Assembly (NCBI GenBank): GCA_020725465.1
Contig: DYEY01000031.1
Coordinates: 21,813 to 85,812 of the forward strand
Source: Dethiobacter sp.
GTDB taxonomy: Bacteria; Bacillota; Dethiobacteria; Dethiobacterales; Dethiobacteraceae
DNA length: 64,000 nucleotides
Direction of reading: 5' to 3'
The position numbers and the translations under genes were made by a program. Positions within the stretch are counted from its first letter, which is position 1. Each line of letters opens with the position of its first letter. Below, one piece after another: positions 46,527 to 55,694 of this stretch. Below the pieces are notes generated by a model, which searched no databases, was not told the DNA's origin, and was given only the letters and a program-made list of their open reading frames with translations.

Positions 46527-46546
46527 TGGTATTACCGGTCTGACCA
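46527..46546. promoter_or_regulatory. tandem candidate LldR/GntR operators TGGTATTACCG / CGGTCTGACCA
   Basis: Two overlapping TNGT-N3-ACNA-type sites. There is also a 10-bp inverted repeat, accggtaata at 46503-46512 and tattaccggt at 46530-46539. Confidence 0.45.
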
Positions 46547-46578
46547 TATGTCCTCTGGCATCCTGAAGGGGTGAAAAA

Positions 46579-48246
46579 ATGCCTGCCTGGCTACTGGCTG
46601 CACTGGCGTCTTTACCGATTCTGATCACTGTTATATTGATGGCAGGCCTGATGTGGCCCGCCAAAAAAGCCATGCCCCTGGCCTGGCTGGCTGCAACAGC
46701 GCTGGCCGCCCTGGTCTGGCGGATGGAGGCGGCACGGATTGTAGCCGCCTCGCTGGAGGGGGTACTGATGGCGGGCAATATCCTGATTATTGTGTTTGGA
46801 GCGGTACTGCTGCAGAACACCCTCACCAAAGGGGGTGCCATGGCAGTCATCACCCGCAGTTTCCAGGGCATAAGCCGGGACAGGCGGGTCCAGGCCGTTA
46901 TCATCGGCTGGATGTTTTCTTCTTTCATTGAGGGAGCAGCCGGCTTTGGTACCCCGGCGGCGCTGGCGGCGCCCCTTTTGGTGGGTTTGGGTTTTCCGCC
47001 TCTGGCGGCGGCGGTGGTGGCGCTGATCTTTAACAGCACTTCAGTCACTTTCGGCGCGGTGGGGACTCCTGTCCTGTTCGGGGTGAGGACAGCGGTAAGC
47101 GGCGTCTTGCCGGCATCTGTGCCGATGCAGCAATACCTGTTTCAGGTAGGGGTCTGGTCTGCTGCCATACACCTGGTTTTGGGCTCCTTCCTGCCGCTTT
47201 TGGCTGTCTGCCTGCTCACACGTTTTTTCGGCCCAAACCGTTCTTTCCGGGAGGGGCTGGCGGCGGCACCGTTTGCCATACTGGGAGGGCTGGCCTTTAC
47301 GGTGCCGTATTTCCTGGTGGCATTGCTTTTTGGACCGGAACTGCCTTCGGTTGTGGGTGCGGTAATCGGGATGTTTATCGTGGTAACGGCAGCGCGTAAA
47401 GGGTTTCTTGTACCCAAAAACAATTTTGACTTTCCCGCGGCGGGAGAGGCAGGCTGGCAACAGGAATGGGGACAGGCGCCGGAGCCGGATGACACGGGCG
47501 GCAGGCTTTCCGTGTTTGCGGCCTGGTTCCCGTACGCCCTGATTGCCTTACTGCTGGTGATGACGCGGCTGCCGGCCTTTGGTATTCAGCCAATTTTACG
47601 CTCAGTTGTCCTGAGGTGGGACAATATTTTCGGTCAGGATGGCGTACGCTACAGTTTTGAACCGCTCTATTCTCCCGGCATCATGCCCTTTGCCCTGGTT
47701 GCCGTTTTAACCGCGCCGCTTTATCGCATGAAACGGGAGAGCACGCTCTTTGCCTGGCGGACGACGGTAAAACAGCTGGTACCTGCCGCTGTGGCTCTCT
47801 TCTTTGCTGTGGGCATGGTCAGAATACTGGTGCAATCGGCACAGAACCAGGCTGGCCTGGACAGCATGCTGCTGGTGATGTCCCGCTATGCCTCTCAGGC
47901 AGTGGGGAACTCATGGCCGTTTGTGGCCCCCTTTGTGGGTGTGCTGGGTTCGTTTATCGCCGGTAGCAACACCGTTTCCAACATTATGTTCGGCGGATTT
48001 CAGTACACGGTGGCGGAGGCGCTGGGCAGCTCACGCACGCTTACCGTAGCGCTGCAGGCGGTGGGCGGGGCCATCGGCAACATGATCTGTGTACACAACG
48101 TGGTGGCGGCCTGTGCCGTGGTGGGGATACTGGGCCGGGAAGGGAAAATAATCAGGATTAACCTGCTGCCGGCACTGGCCTACGCGGCGGGGGCGGGTTT
48201 ACTCGGCCTGCTGCTGGTGTTTCGGCTGGCTCCCGGCGTATTTTAG
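46579..48246 (+). CDS. lctP: L-lactate permease (LctP family)
   Basis: A 555-aa polytopic protein with [27 protein letters not shown] and [12 protein letters not shown], both typical of LctP. Confidence 0.85.
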   Translation: MPAWLLAALASLPILITVILMAGLMWPAKKAMPLAWLAATALAALVWRMEAARIVAASLEGVLMAGNILIIVFGAVLLQNTLTKGGAMAVITRSFQGISRDRRVQAVIIGWMFSSFIEGAAGFGTPAALAAPLLVGLGFPPLAAAVVALIFNSTSVTFGAVGTPVLFGVRTAVSGVLPASVPMQQYLFQVGVWSAAIHLVLGSFLPLLAVCLLTRFFGPNRSFREGLAAAPFAILGGLAFTVPYFLVALLFGPELPSVVGAVIGMFIVVTAARKGFLVPKNNFDFPAAGEAGWQQEWGQAPEPDDTGGRLSVFAAWFPYALIALLLVMTRLPAFGIQPILRSVVLRWDNIFGQDGVRYSFEPLYSPGIMPFALVAVLTAPLYRMKRESTLFAWRTTVKQLVPAAVALFFAVGMVRILVQSAQNQAGLDSMLLVMSRYASQAVGNSWPFVAPFVGVLGSFIAGSNTVSNIMFGGFQYTVAEALGSSRTLTVALQAVGGAIGNMICVHNVVAACAVVGILGREGKIIRINLLPALAYAAGAGLLGLLLVFRLAPGVF

Positions 48247-48341
48247 TTGCCATTACCGTCGTCTTATGATAAATTTTAGAAGAAATATTTCTAAAACGTT
48301 TCGTGGCCAGATAGGAAATAACGGTAAAAGGAAGAACCACC

Positions 48342-49085
48342 ATGTTTAAGCCGATTAAACAGAAGAGGGTTTACGAGGAAATAGTGGAGCAGATCAGGCG
48401 GCTGGTGGCCGAGGGAGCCCTGAAGCCGGGTGACAGGCTTATTTCCGAGCGTGAACTGGCGGACAGGCTGCAGGTGAGCCGGGCATCCATCCGGGAGGCT
48501 TTCAGCGCCCTCGATATGCTAGGCATCCTGGAGAGCAAGCCGGGAGAAGGCACTTTCATCCGCGAGGTCCCGCAGGAAACCATAATTAAACCGCTGGCGC
48601 TCATCTTCATGCTTTATAAGGACAGCAGCCTGGAAGTCCTCGAGGTCAGGACAATACTGGAAGCGGAAAGCGCTTCCCTGGCCGCCAGGCGCGGCACCCC
48701 TGAGGATATGGAAAGAATCAAAGCCTGCCTGGACAAAATGGAGCAGGACCTGCTGTCGGGCAGTATCGGCGAGGTTTCTGACGCCCAGTTTCACCTGGCC
48801 ATAGCCGAGGCCACTGACAATAAGGTTCTGGTCAGGCTGATGAACACGGTATCTGACCTGATCGTGGAGGCCATGCGCTACAGCCGCCAGCGGTTGTTCC
48901 AGGTCCAAGGCAACCGTGAGAAACTGTTTGCCCAGCACAAGAAAATCTGCCAAGCCATACTGAACCGCGACAGTGAAGGCGCGCGCCAAGCCATGAGAGA
49001 ACACCTCTCTTTTGTGGTTAAAGAAGTGGCCCATTACGAGGAAGAGCGGGAAGAACTGGCTAACGGCAACAGGCATATCAGCTGA
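48342..49085 (+). CDS. lldR: GntR-family regulator, FadR/FCD subfamily (LldR-like)
   Basis: N-terminal wHTH (GDRLISERELADRLQVSRASIREAF) and an FCD domain (FHLAIAEATDNKVL). Confidence 0.8.
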   Translation: MFKPIKQKRVYEEIVEQIRRLVAEGALKPGDRLISERELADRLQVSRASIREAFSALDMLGILESKPGEGTFIREVPQETIIKPLALIFMLYKDSSLEVLEVRTILEAESASLAARRGTPEDMERIKACLDKMEQDLLSGSIGEVSDAQFHLAIAEATDNKVLVRLMNTVSDLIVEAMRYSRQRLFQVQGNREKLFAQHKKICQAILNRDSEGARQAMREHLSFVVKEVAHYEEEREELANGNRHIS

Positions 49086-49092
49086 ACACAAA

Positions 49093-49115
49093 AACCCCGG
49101 GCAACCCCCGGGGTT
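49093..49115. terminator. bidirectional hairpin
   Basis: Hairpin aaccccgg-gcaaccc-ccggggtt. Confidence 0.65.
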
Positions 49116-49123
49116 AGTTGTTC

Positions 49124-49630
49124 CTATCTTGCTACAACTTTTTTCAAAAGCTGGATGTCGATGTCGTGCTGGTTGACTCTGGCCTCGATACGGGTTTTAA
49201 ATTCCAGGATTTCGGTCCTGAACTCCAAGAGTCCCGCTGTCTGTTCGCAGATGGAATACACTTTTTTGTCCAGGGACTTTAGTTGCTGAGACATTTCATC
49301 CTGGCGACCCTCCACCGCAGTTAAGCGGTCTTCGACCCTGGTTAAGCGGTCTTCGACCTTGGTTAAGCGGTCTTCGACCTTGGTTAAGCGGTCTTCGACC
49401 TTGGTTAAGCGGTCTTCGACCTTGGTTAAGCGGTCTTCGACCTTGGTTAAGCGGTCTTCGGCCTTGGTTAAGCGGTCTTCGACCTTGGTTAAGCGGTCTT
49501 CGACTTTGGTCATCCGCTCTCCCAGCTCAGACAAACCCTGGTCCAGCCTGTCCAGCTTTTTGAAAATACCGGTCTGTCCCTCCTGCAGGGAAACAACTTT
49601 CTCTAAAATCCGGGCAAGCACCTGTTCCAC
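49124..49630 (-). CDS. coiled-coil protein with about 9 tandem TKVEDRL heptads
   Basis: GTG start preceded by gggaggtgg. The sequence reads MEQVLARILEKV...(TKVEDRL)n...DIDIQLLKKVVAR. Confidence 0.65.
   Translation of the reverse strand: MEQVLARILEKVVSLQEGQTGIFKKLDRLDQGLSELGERMTKVEDRLTKVEDRLTKAEDRLTKVEDRLTKVEDRLTKVEDRLTKVEDRLTKVEDRLTRVEDRLTAVEGRQDEMSQQLKSLDKKVYSICEQTAGLLEFRTEILEFKTRIEARVNQHDIDIQLLKKVVAR
49320..49508. repeat. 21-bp tandem repeat x9 (gttaagcggtcttcgaccttg)
   Basis: Nine head-to-tail units with only a few single-base differences, in frame and each equal to one heptad. Confidence 0.9.
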
Positions 49631-49799
49631 AATTCCACCTCCCTGACTCTATGCCGGGACTACCAAATTATATCACGGCTGCCAGAAAAAATAAAGTACA
49701 TCAATTTAATTACCCAAACATATGTTCTGTGGTTATAATATACCACAAGCCAAAAAATGTCAAGCCCTTATTGCGCAATTGCGCCGCCAGTCACAATAA

Positions 49800-51488
49800 T
49801 CAAAGTTTACCGCTGCGGATGATAGCCAGCAACAACCAGACGGCCATTACGCCGGCCAAGGCAAAACCCACCTCAATTATGGGCAGGCGCCAGAGCAGCG
49901 ATTCTCCGGTGATTCCCGCCACCAGCCCGGAACCGACAACCAACCCGGCCATGATAATGCTGAAGGAGAGCAGGACAATGCTGAAAGTGAGGCGGTTACC
50001 CAGGCGGTCCAGGTGGGAAATGGCCTTTTCCAGATCGGGATAGTTCAGCTGCAGGGGTATCCCATCGGTTTCGAAGCGGTCCAGCGCTTCATTAAAACGG
50101 CGGGGCAGGGAGGTGAGAAAATCAGCTGTCTCCTGCAATTGTTCTGCCGCCGCCTCGGAGAGTGAAGCAGGTGAGAGGTGTTCGCGCACAAGCCTGCCGG
50201 CGTACGGGCGCAGCAGTTCCGTCAGCTTCAGATCTGCTGCCAGTCTTTCGATAACTCCTTCCAGGGTCATAATGGCTTTACCCAGGAGAGCAAATTCGGA
50301 GGGCAGCCGGATACTGTATTCGAAAGCCAGGGCGAAAATCTCGCGTACCGCCTTGCCCAGTTCCACCTTGTGCAGCGGGGCGTCCAGGTAGCGGTCAAGG
50401 AGTCGTTCAACGTCGCGGCGGAGCGCCCTGCGGTCGACAGGGCGGGTCAGTACACCCATGTTGGAGACGGCGCGGACAACCTGGCGCGGGTTGCGGTTAA
50501 CCAGTCCCAGCAGAAACAGGACAAACTGTCTCCTGTTTTCTTTTTTTAGACGACCAGCGATTCCAAAGTCCATCAACACCAGCTGGCTGTGACTGTTAAG
50601 GGCCAGATTGCCTGGGTGGGGATCGGCGTGAAAAAAACCGTGGTCGAAAACCTGGACGAAGGTGATATCCACCAGGCGGCGGGCCAGGTCAGGCAAGTTA
50701 TGTCCCGCGGCGACAAGTTCTTCCGGCCGGTTAAGCTTGATGCCCTCTACCTCTTCCATGGTCAGGACTGAGGAGGCACAGACCTCCCAGTATACTTTGG
50801 GTATGATTACATCCCGCCTGTTCCGGAAATTCTCACGGAACAAGCGGGCGTTTTCCGCTTCGTTCAGGTAATCCAGTTCCTGGCGGATAGCGCGTGACAG
50901 CTCCTGCACCACGTCCTTTACCCGGTAAACCCGGCCCCAGGCTGTATGGCGTTCCGCCAGGCGGGCCATATCAAGCAGTATCTCAAGGTCGGTTTCCATT
51001 TGCGAGACAATACCTGGCCGGCGCACCTTGACCACCACCTTGTCGCCGCCGGGCAGGACGGCGCGGTGGACCTGGCCGATAGAGGCGGCAGCCAGTGGTT
51101 CCTCTTCAAAAGAAGAAAAGAGTTCAGAGAGCGGCCGGCCCAGGGTTTCCTCTATGGTTCCCCTTACAAAGGAGAAATCGAAAGGCGGGACATTATCCTG
51201 GAGGCGGGAGAGCTCTTCCAGAACGTCCCGTGGCATCAGATCAGGGCGGGTGGACAGGATCTGGCCAAACTTGACAAAGGTGGGCCCCAGCTCTTCCAGT
51301 AACAGGCGCAGGCGCTGGGCGAAAGAAAAGCGCAGCAGAGCTCTTTCCTCGCGACGCGCCCGCCTGGCTGACGGCAGCAGGTTAACCAGGCCAAGCTGCG
51401 AAAGAAGGTGGCCGAAACCATGGCGAGCCACGCTCTTTATCACCTGGCGGTAGCGGCGGAAATGGCTGTAGCGGGGAATCTGACCCAC
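49800..51488 (-). CDS. ubiB: ABC1/UbiB-family atypical kinase with C-terminal TM helices
   Basis: LGPTFVKFGQILSTRPDLMP, AAASIGQVHRAVL and FFHADPHPGNL. Confidence 0.85.
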   Translation of the reverse strand: MGQIPRYSHFRRYRQVIKSVARHGFGHLLSQLGLVNLLPSARRARREERALLRFSFAQRLRLLLEELGPTFVKFGQILSTRPDLMPRDVLEELSRLQDNVPPFDFSFVRGTIEETLGRPLSELFSSFEEEPLAAASIGQVHRAVLPGGDKVVVKVRRPGIVSQMETDLEILLDMARLAERHTAWGRVYRVKDVVQELSRAIRQELDYLNEAENARLFRENFRNRRDVIIPKVYWEVCASSVLTMEEVEGIKLNRPEELVAAGHNLPDLARRLVDITFVQVFDHGFFHADPHPGNLALNSHSQLVLMDFGIAGRLKKENRRQFVLFLLGLVNRNPRQVVRAVSNMGVLTRPVDRRALRRDVERLLDRYLDAPLHKVELGKAVREIFALAFEYSIRLPSEFALLGKAIMTLEGVIERLAADLKLTELLRPYAGRLVREHLSPASLSEAAAEQLQETADFLTSLPRRFNEALDRFETDGIPLQLNYPDLEKAISHLDRLGNRLTFSIVLLSFSIIMAGLVVGSGLVAGITGESLLWRLPIIEVGFALAGVMAVWLLLAIIRSGKL

Positions 51489-51506
51489 CTCCTTTTCTTA
51501 CCATTA

Positions 51507-51535
51507 ATTATGATGCACCGAAAAACCGCTGTCAA
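51507..51535 (-). promoter_or_regulatory. sigma-A promoter candidate TTGACA-17 nt-CATAAT for ubiB
   Basis: Read on the - strand, with TTGACA at 51535-51530 and CATAAT at 51512-51507. Confidence 0.5.
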
Positions 51536-51615
51536 TCCGGAGACGCTGTCTCAGATAAGCCCTGCCATTTTATTTTCAGGCAACATGTGGTAAGATAACC
51601 TGGGGGTGTATTGCA

Positions 51616-51789
51616 ATGGAAAAAAGTGAGCTGGTAAAAATTATACGCACCAATTTGGAGGACGGAAAGCTGTCCTGTGCGCGGGCGCATGCCATTGCCC
51701 GGGAGCACAATGTTAAACTCAGGCAAATCGGGCAAGCCTGCGATGAAGAGAAAATCAAAATTATCGGCTGCCAGCTGGGTTGTTTTTAG
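51616..51789 (+). CDS. 57-aa Cys-containing small protein upstream of moeA (below the ORF-track cutoff)
   Basis: MEKSELVKIIRTNLEDGKLSCARAHAIAREHNVKLRQIGQACDEEKIKIIGCQLGCF. The stop lies 2 nt before the moeA ATG. Confidence 0.4.
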   Translation: MEKSELVKIIRTNLEDGKLSCARAHAIAREHNVKLRQIGQACDEEKIKIIGCQLGCF

Positions 51790-51791
51790 TT

Positions 51792-53006
51792 ATGTTGACG
51801 GTGCTCAGTGTAACGGCGGCCCGGGAAAAAATACTGAAAGGGACATTAAGCGTGACGGGGGCGGAAATACTGCCGCTCTCCGCCGCTGACGGCAGATTCC
51901 TGGCCCGGCCGGTAACGGCCTCCACCGACCTCCCTCCGTTTGCCCGCTCTACCATGGACGGCTATGCCGTGGCGGCCGCCGATACTTTCGGCGCCTCCGA
52001 GGCGCAGCCTGCTTTGCTTACGGTGGTGGGTGAGGTTTCCATGGGACAGGCCCCGGTTGTGCCGCTGCAGGGGGGAGAGGCCATGCCCATCGCCACCGGT
52101 GGTATGCTGCCTGTGGGCAGTGATGCGGTGGTAATGGTGGAATACACTGAGGTTTTGGGTGCTGACACCGTTGCCGTCCACCGTGCCGTTGCTCCCGGCG
52201 AAAACACCATCGCCAGGGGCGAAGATTTTAAGGCCGGGGAGGTTGTTCTTCCCGCCGGACACCGCCTGCGCCCCCAGGATATAGGGGTGCTGGCGGCTAT
52301 GGGCGTAACGGAGGTGGCAGTGGCAGCCAGGCCCAGGGTGGCTGTTATCTCCACCGGCGATGAGCTGGTTCCCCCGGAGCTGGAACCGGGTCCGGGCCAG
52401 GTCAGGGACGTAAACTCTTGCCTGCTGGCTGCCCTGGCAACTCGTACCGGCGCTGTTGCAGAGCCGCTTGGCATAGTCCGGGACAGGTACGACGACCTGG
52501 TAGCTGTTCTGGGTAAAGCCCGAGGATATGACTGTGTTATTTTGTCCGGCGGCAGTTCCGCCGGCGCCAGGGACCATACCGCCGCTGCCATTAACGCCAT
52601 GGGCAAGCCCGGTGTCCTTTTTCACGGCGTCTCCATGCGTCCGGGTAAACCTCTGATTTACGGGCTGGTGGACGGCTGCCCGTATTTTGGCCTTTCCGGC
52701 AACCCCACGTCGGCCATGGTGGGCTTCCTGCTCTTTGTACGGCCACTGCTCCTTAAGCTGCAGGGAGGGAGCGAAGAGCAGCCACTGCTCTGGGCCAGGA
52801 CCGACCGGAACCTGTCCTCGGCGGGCGGGCGCGAAGATTACGTACGGGCTGTACTCTACAATAAGGACGGGGAACTGTGGGCCACCCCCCTGCTGGGTCA
52901 GGCCGGCCTCCTTGCCACGGTGGTGCGTGGAGACGCGCTACTGCGCCTCCCGCAGAACAGCGAAGGGGCCGAGCGGGGGGAGAAGCTTGAAGTCATACTC
53001 ATCTGA
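51792..53006 (+). CDS. moeA: molybdopterin molybdenumtransferase MoeA
   Basis: PPFARSTMDGYAV, ISTGDELV and ILSGGSSAGARD. Confidence 0.85.
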   Translation: MLTVLSVTAAREKILKGTLSVTGAEILPLSAADGRFLARPVTASTDLPPFARSTMDGYAVAAADTFGASEAQPALLTVVGEVSMGQAPVVPLQGGEAMPIATGGMLPVGSDAVVMVEYTEVLGADTVAVHRAVAPGENTIARGEDFKAGEVVLPAGHRLRPQDIGVLAAMGVTEVAVAARPRVAVISTGDELVPPELEPGPGQVRDVNSCLLAALATRTGAVAEPLGIVRDRYDDLVAVLGKARGYDCVILSGGSSAGARDHTAAAINAMGKPGVLFHGVSMRPGKPLIYGLVDGCPYFGLSGNPTSAMVGFLLFVRPLLLKLQGGSEEQPLLWARTDRNLSSAGGREDYVRAVLYNKDGELWATPLLGQAGLLATVVRGDALLRLPQNSEGAERGEKLEVILI

Positions 53007-53022
53007 CAAGAGGTGTTGCTTT

Positions 53023-54942
53023 ATGAAAGAGAAACGGCGGCGCTACCTGCACAACACCCCGGTGGAAGAGGCCAGGGAGCGGTTCCTTTGCCGTCAGTGG
53101 CCGGCGCCGGGAGAGGAGATTACAGCGGTTACCGAAGCAACAGGCCGTGTAACATCCCGGGCTGTTTTTGCCGTCCTTTCGTCACCTCATTATCACGCCG
53201 CGGCCATGGACGGTGTGGTGGTACGGTCCCGCGAGACGGTGGGGGCCGGGGAAACCACGCCCAAACGCCTGAAACTGGATGAACAGGCCATACCCATTGA
53301 CACCGGCAGCCTTCTGCCCGATGGGTTTGATGCCGTTATCATGGCCGAAGAGCTGGCCGAACTGGGCGATGAGGTGGAAATTACCGCTCCAGTGCCTCCC
53401 TGGCAGCATGTGCGACCCATTGGCGAAGACATTGTGGCCACGGAAATGATTTTACCTGCCGGCCACCGGCTGCGCGGCGTGGATGCCGGCGCGCTGCTGG
53501 CCGGCGGAGTATCCGCCGTTCCGGTCGTTAAAAGGCCGCGGGTGGCTGTTATTCCCACCGGCAACGAATTGGTGGAGCCGGGAAGAAAACCTGGCCCGGG
53601 GCAGATTATCGAGTACAATTCCACCGTTTTTGCCGCCCTGGTGGCAGAGTGGGGAGGCGAAGCGGTGCGGTGGGACATCGTCAGGGACGACTATGACCTG
53701 ATCCGGGAAGCGGTAAGTGCCGCCGCCGCTGAATGCGACGTGGTGCTGGTGAACGCCGGTTCGTCCGCCGGCCGCCGTGATTACACCGCCGAAGTGGTGG
53801 CCAACCTTGGCGAGCTCCTGGTGCATGGCGTGGCGGTAAGGCCGGGCAAACCGGTGATTCTGGGTGCGGTGCGGGACAAACCTGTAATCGGGGTGCCCGG
53901 TTACCCGGTGTCTGCGGTGGTGGCGCTGGAGCTGTTCCTGCGCCCCCTGCTCTGTAAACTGCAGGGGATTGCTGAACCAGAGCGACCTGTTCTCCGGGCA
54001 CATTTTTCGCGCCAACTGGCTTCCACCCTTGCTGCCGAGGAATGGGTGCGGGTGAAGGTGGGCCTGGTGGGCGGCCGCTACGTGGCAACACCGCTGGCCC
54101 GCGGTTCCGGGGTTATTACCTCGTTGGTGCGGGCCGACGGTATTGTGCGCATCCCCCTGGCCAAAGAGGGTCTCCTGCCGGGAGAGGAAGTTACGGTGGA
54201 ATTGCTTAGAAAGCGGGAGGAAATAGACCGTAGCGTGGTCTGCATCGGCAGCCACGATCTGACCCTGGACTTGCTGGACGACCTGCTGCGCCGTAAGTAT
54301 CCCGGGTATTCTCTGTCCTCGGCCCATGTAGGCAGCACCGGCGGCATTATGGCGCTGAAAAGGGGAGAAGCTCACCTGGCCGGCATCCACCTGCTGGATG
54401 AAAAAACGGGAGAGTATAACATCCCCTACCTGGAGAAATTCCTGCCCGGCTTACCGCTGGCGCTGATCACCCTGGTAGAGAGAGAGCAGGGGCTGATGGT
54501 GGCGCCTGGCAACCCTAAGAGGATAACCGGTTTTGCCGACCTGGCCCGTGACGACGTATCATTCGTTAACCGCCAACGTGGCGCAGGTACACGCCTGCTG
54601 CTGGACGCCCGCCTGCGGGAGCTGGGTATCAGGACCGAACAGGTTAACGGCTACCACCGGGAAGAGTTTACCCACCTGGCGGTGGCAGCGGCAGTAGCCG
54701 CCGGCTCCGCTGATACCGGTCTGGGTGTTCTGGCCGCTGCCCGTGCCATGGGCCTGGACTTTGTGCCGCTGGAGAAAGAGCGCTTTGACTTGGCCGTGCC
54801 ACTGGCTTTCCTGCAAGAGGAAGCGGTAGCCCGCTTGCTCACCACAGCCCGCTTGGACGAATTTAAACAGTCGGTCCAGGCGTTGGGCGGTTACCATACC
54901 GAAAAGACCGGTGAAATAGTTTACCGGACAAAGGAGAATTAA
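53023..54942 (+). CDS. MoeA-like domain fused to a C-terminal periplasmic-binding-protein-like (PBP-like) domain
   Basis: The MoeA core (PHYHAAAMDGVVV, IPTGNELV, VNAGSSAGRRD) is followed by about 220 aa resembling a PBP type 2 fold (IGSHDLTLDLL...FVNRQRGAGTR...ADTGLGV). The ATG at 53023 is the likely start; the 52687 start in the ORF track overlaps moeA. Confidence 0.75.
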   Translation: MKEKRRRYLHNTPVEEARERFLCRQWPAPGEEITAVTEATGRVTSRAVFAVLSSPHYHAAAMDGVVVRSRETVGAGETTPKRLKLDEQAIPIDTGSLLPDGFDAVIMAEELAELGDEVEITAPVPPWQHVRPIGEDIVATEMILPAGHRLRGVDAGALLAGGVSAVPVVKRPRVAVIPTGNELVEPGRKPGPGQIIEYNSTVFAALVAEWGGEAVRWDIVRDDYDLIREAVSAAAAECDVVLVNAGSSAGRRDYTAEVVANLGELLVHGVAVRPGKPVILGAVRDKPVIGVPGYPVSAVVALELFLRPLLCKLQGIAEPERPVLRAHFSRQLASTLAAEEWVRVKVGLVGGRYVATPLARGSGVITSLVRADGIVRIPLAKEGLLPGEEVTVELLRKREEIDRSVVCIGSHDLTLDLLDDLLRRKYPGYSLSSAHVGSTGGIMALKRGEAHLAGIHLLDEKTGEYNIPYLEKFLPGLPLALITLVEREQGLMVAPGNPKRITGFADLARDDVSFVNRQRGAGTRLLLDARLRELGIRTEQVNGYHREEFTHLAVAAAVAAGSADTGLGVLAAARAMGLDFVPLEKERFDLAVPLAFLQEEAVARLLTTARLDEFKQSVQALGGYHTEKTGEIVYRTKEN

Positions 54943-54945
54943 AGG

Positions 54946-55458
54946 ATGCAAAAGTTTACCGTGGCCGTACTCACGGCCAGCGACAAAGGCTCACGCGGCG
55001 AGCGGCCTGATGAAAGCGGCCAGATTATAAAGGAAATGGTGCAGGAAGCAGGCGGCGAGGTCATTATATACGATATAGTGCCCGATGATACCACATTGCT
55101 CCGCGACAAGCTGGTTGAATACTGTGACAACCTGAGGGTTAACCTGGTGCTTACCACCGGTGGTACCGGCCTTGGTCCCCGCGACTACACACCGGAAGCC
55201 ACCCTGGCGGTGATTGAAAAGCAGGTCCCCGGTATACCGGAGGCCATGAGGGCCTTTGGCTTGCAAAAAACCCCTCATGCCATGCTCTCCCGGGCGGTCA
55301 GCGGTGTCCGCCGCCAGACACTGATTATAAACCTGCCCGGCAGCCCGCGGGCGGTAAGGGAGAACCTGGGGGTAGTGCTGCCAGCGCTGCGGCACGCCCT
55401 GGAAACCCTGTGCGGACAGGCAAATGAATGTGCCGGACTGCGGAAAAACGACGTATAA
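54946..55458 (+). CDS. mog: molybdenum cofactor biosynthesis protein MogA/MoaB type
   Basis: VLTASDKGSRGERPDESG and LTTGGTGLGPRD. Confidence 0.85.
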   Translation: MQKFTVAVLTASDKGSRGERPDESGQIIKEMVQEAGGEVIIYDIVPDDTTLLRDKLVEYCDNLRVNLVLTTGGTGLGPRDYTPEATLAVIEKQVPGIPEAMRAFGLQKTPHAMLSRAVSGVRRQTLIINLPGSPRAVRENLGVVLPALRHALETLCGQANECAGLRKNDV

Positions 55459-55634
55459 AGAGCAGGCCGGCTGGATATTATAACTGTTGTTCCCCCCAAT
55501 GGAAAATAAAGATATTTAAAGAAAATAAACAATAAATTTAGATATTCCGGGATATATACGTAAATTTGCAAATATTTTGGTGACAGCGGATTTGCTTTCA
55601 AACCTGTTTTTATATAACATATCAAGTGTAAAAA

Positions 55635-55661
55635 TTAGCACTCGCACAAAGTGAGTGCTAA
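55635..55661. promoter_or_regulatory. CIRCE operator (HrcA binding site)
   Basis: TTAGCACTC-gcacaaagt-GAGTGCTAA is a perfect match to the consensus, 34 nt upstream of groES. Confidence 0.95.
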
Positions 55662-55694
55662 TAACAATAATCAACTTTCAAAGGAGGTTTTTAA

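Noticed and set aside
48281-48292. The palindrome AGAAATATTTCT upstream of the GntR/LldR gene as an operator.
   Set aside because: It is an AT-rich 12-mer that could arise by chance in a promoter region. It does not resemble the TGGTCNGACCA sites and has no second copy in the window.
49710-49740. The inverted repeat TGTGGT-N8-ACCACA upstream of the coiled-coil gene.
   Set aside because: It is a single occurrence that overlaps a TATAAT-like sequence, with no evidence for a cognate regulator.
51489-51615. A possible Moco riboswitch upstream of the moeA cluster.
   Set aside because: I could not recognise the conserved Moco-motif elements by eye. The spacer is largely occupied by the divergent ubiB promoter. 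A run of Rfam RF01055 would settle it.
52687-53022. N-terminal 112-aa extension of the second moeA ORF in the ORF track.
   Set aside because: It overlaps the 3' part of the first moeA in another frame and is Cys/Arg/Pro-rich nonsense. The MoeA homology begins at the ATG at 53023.
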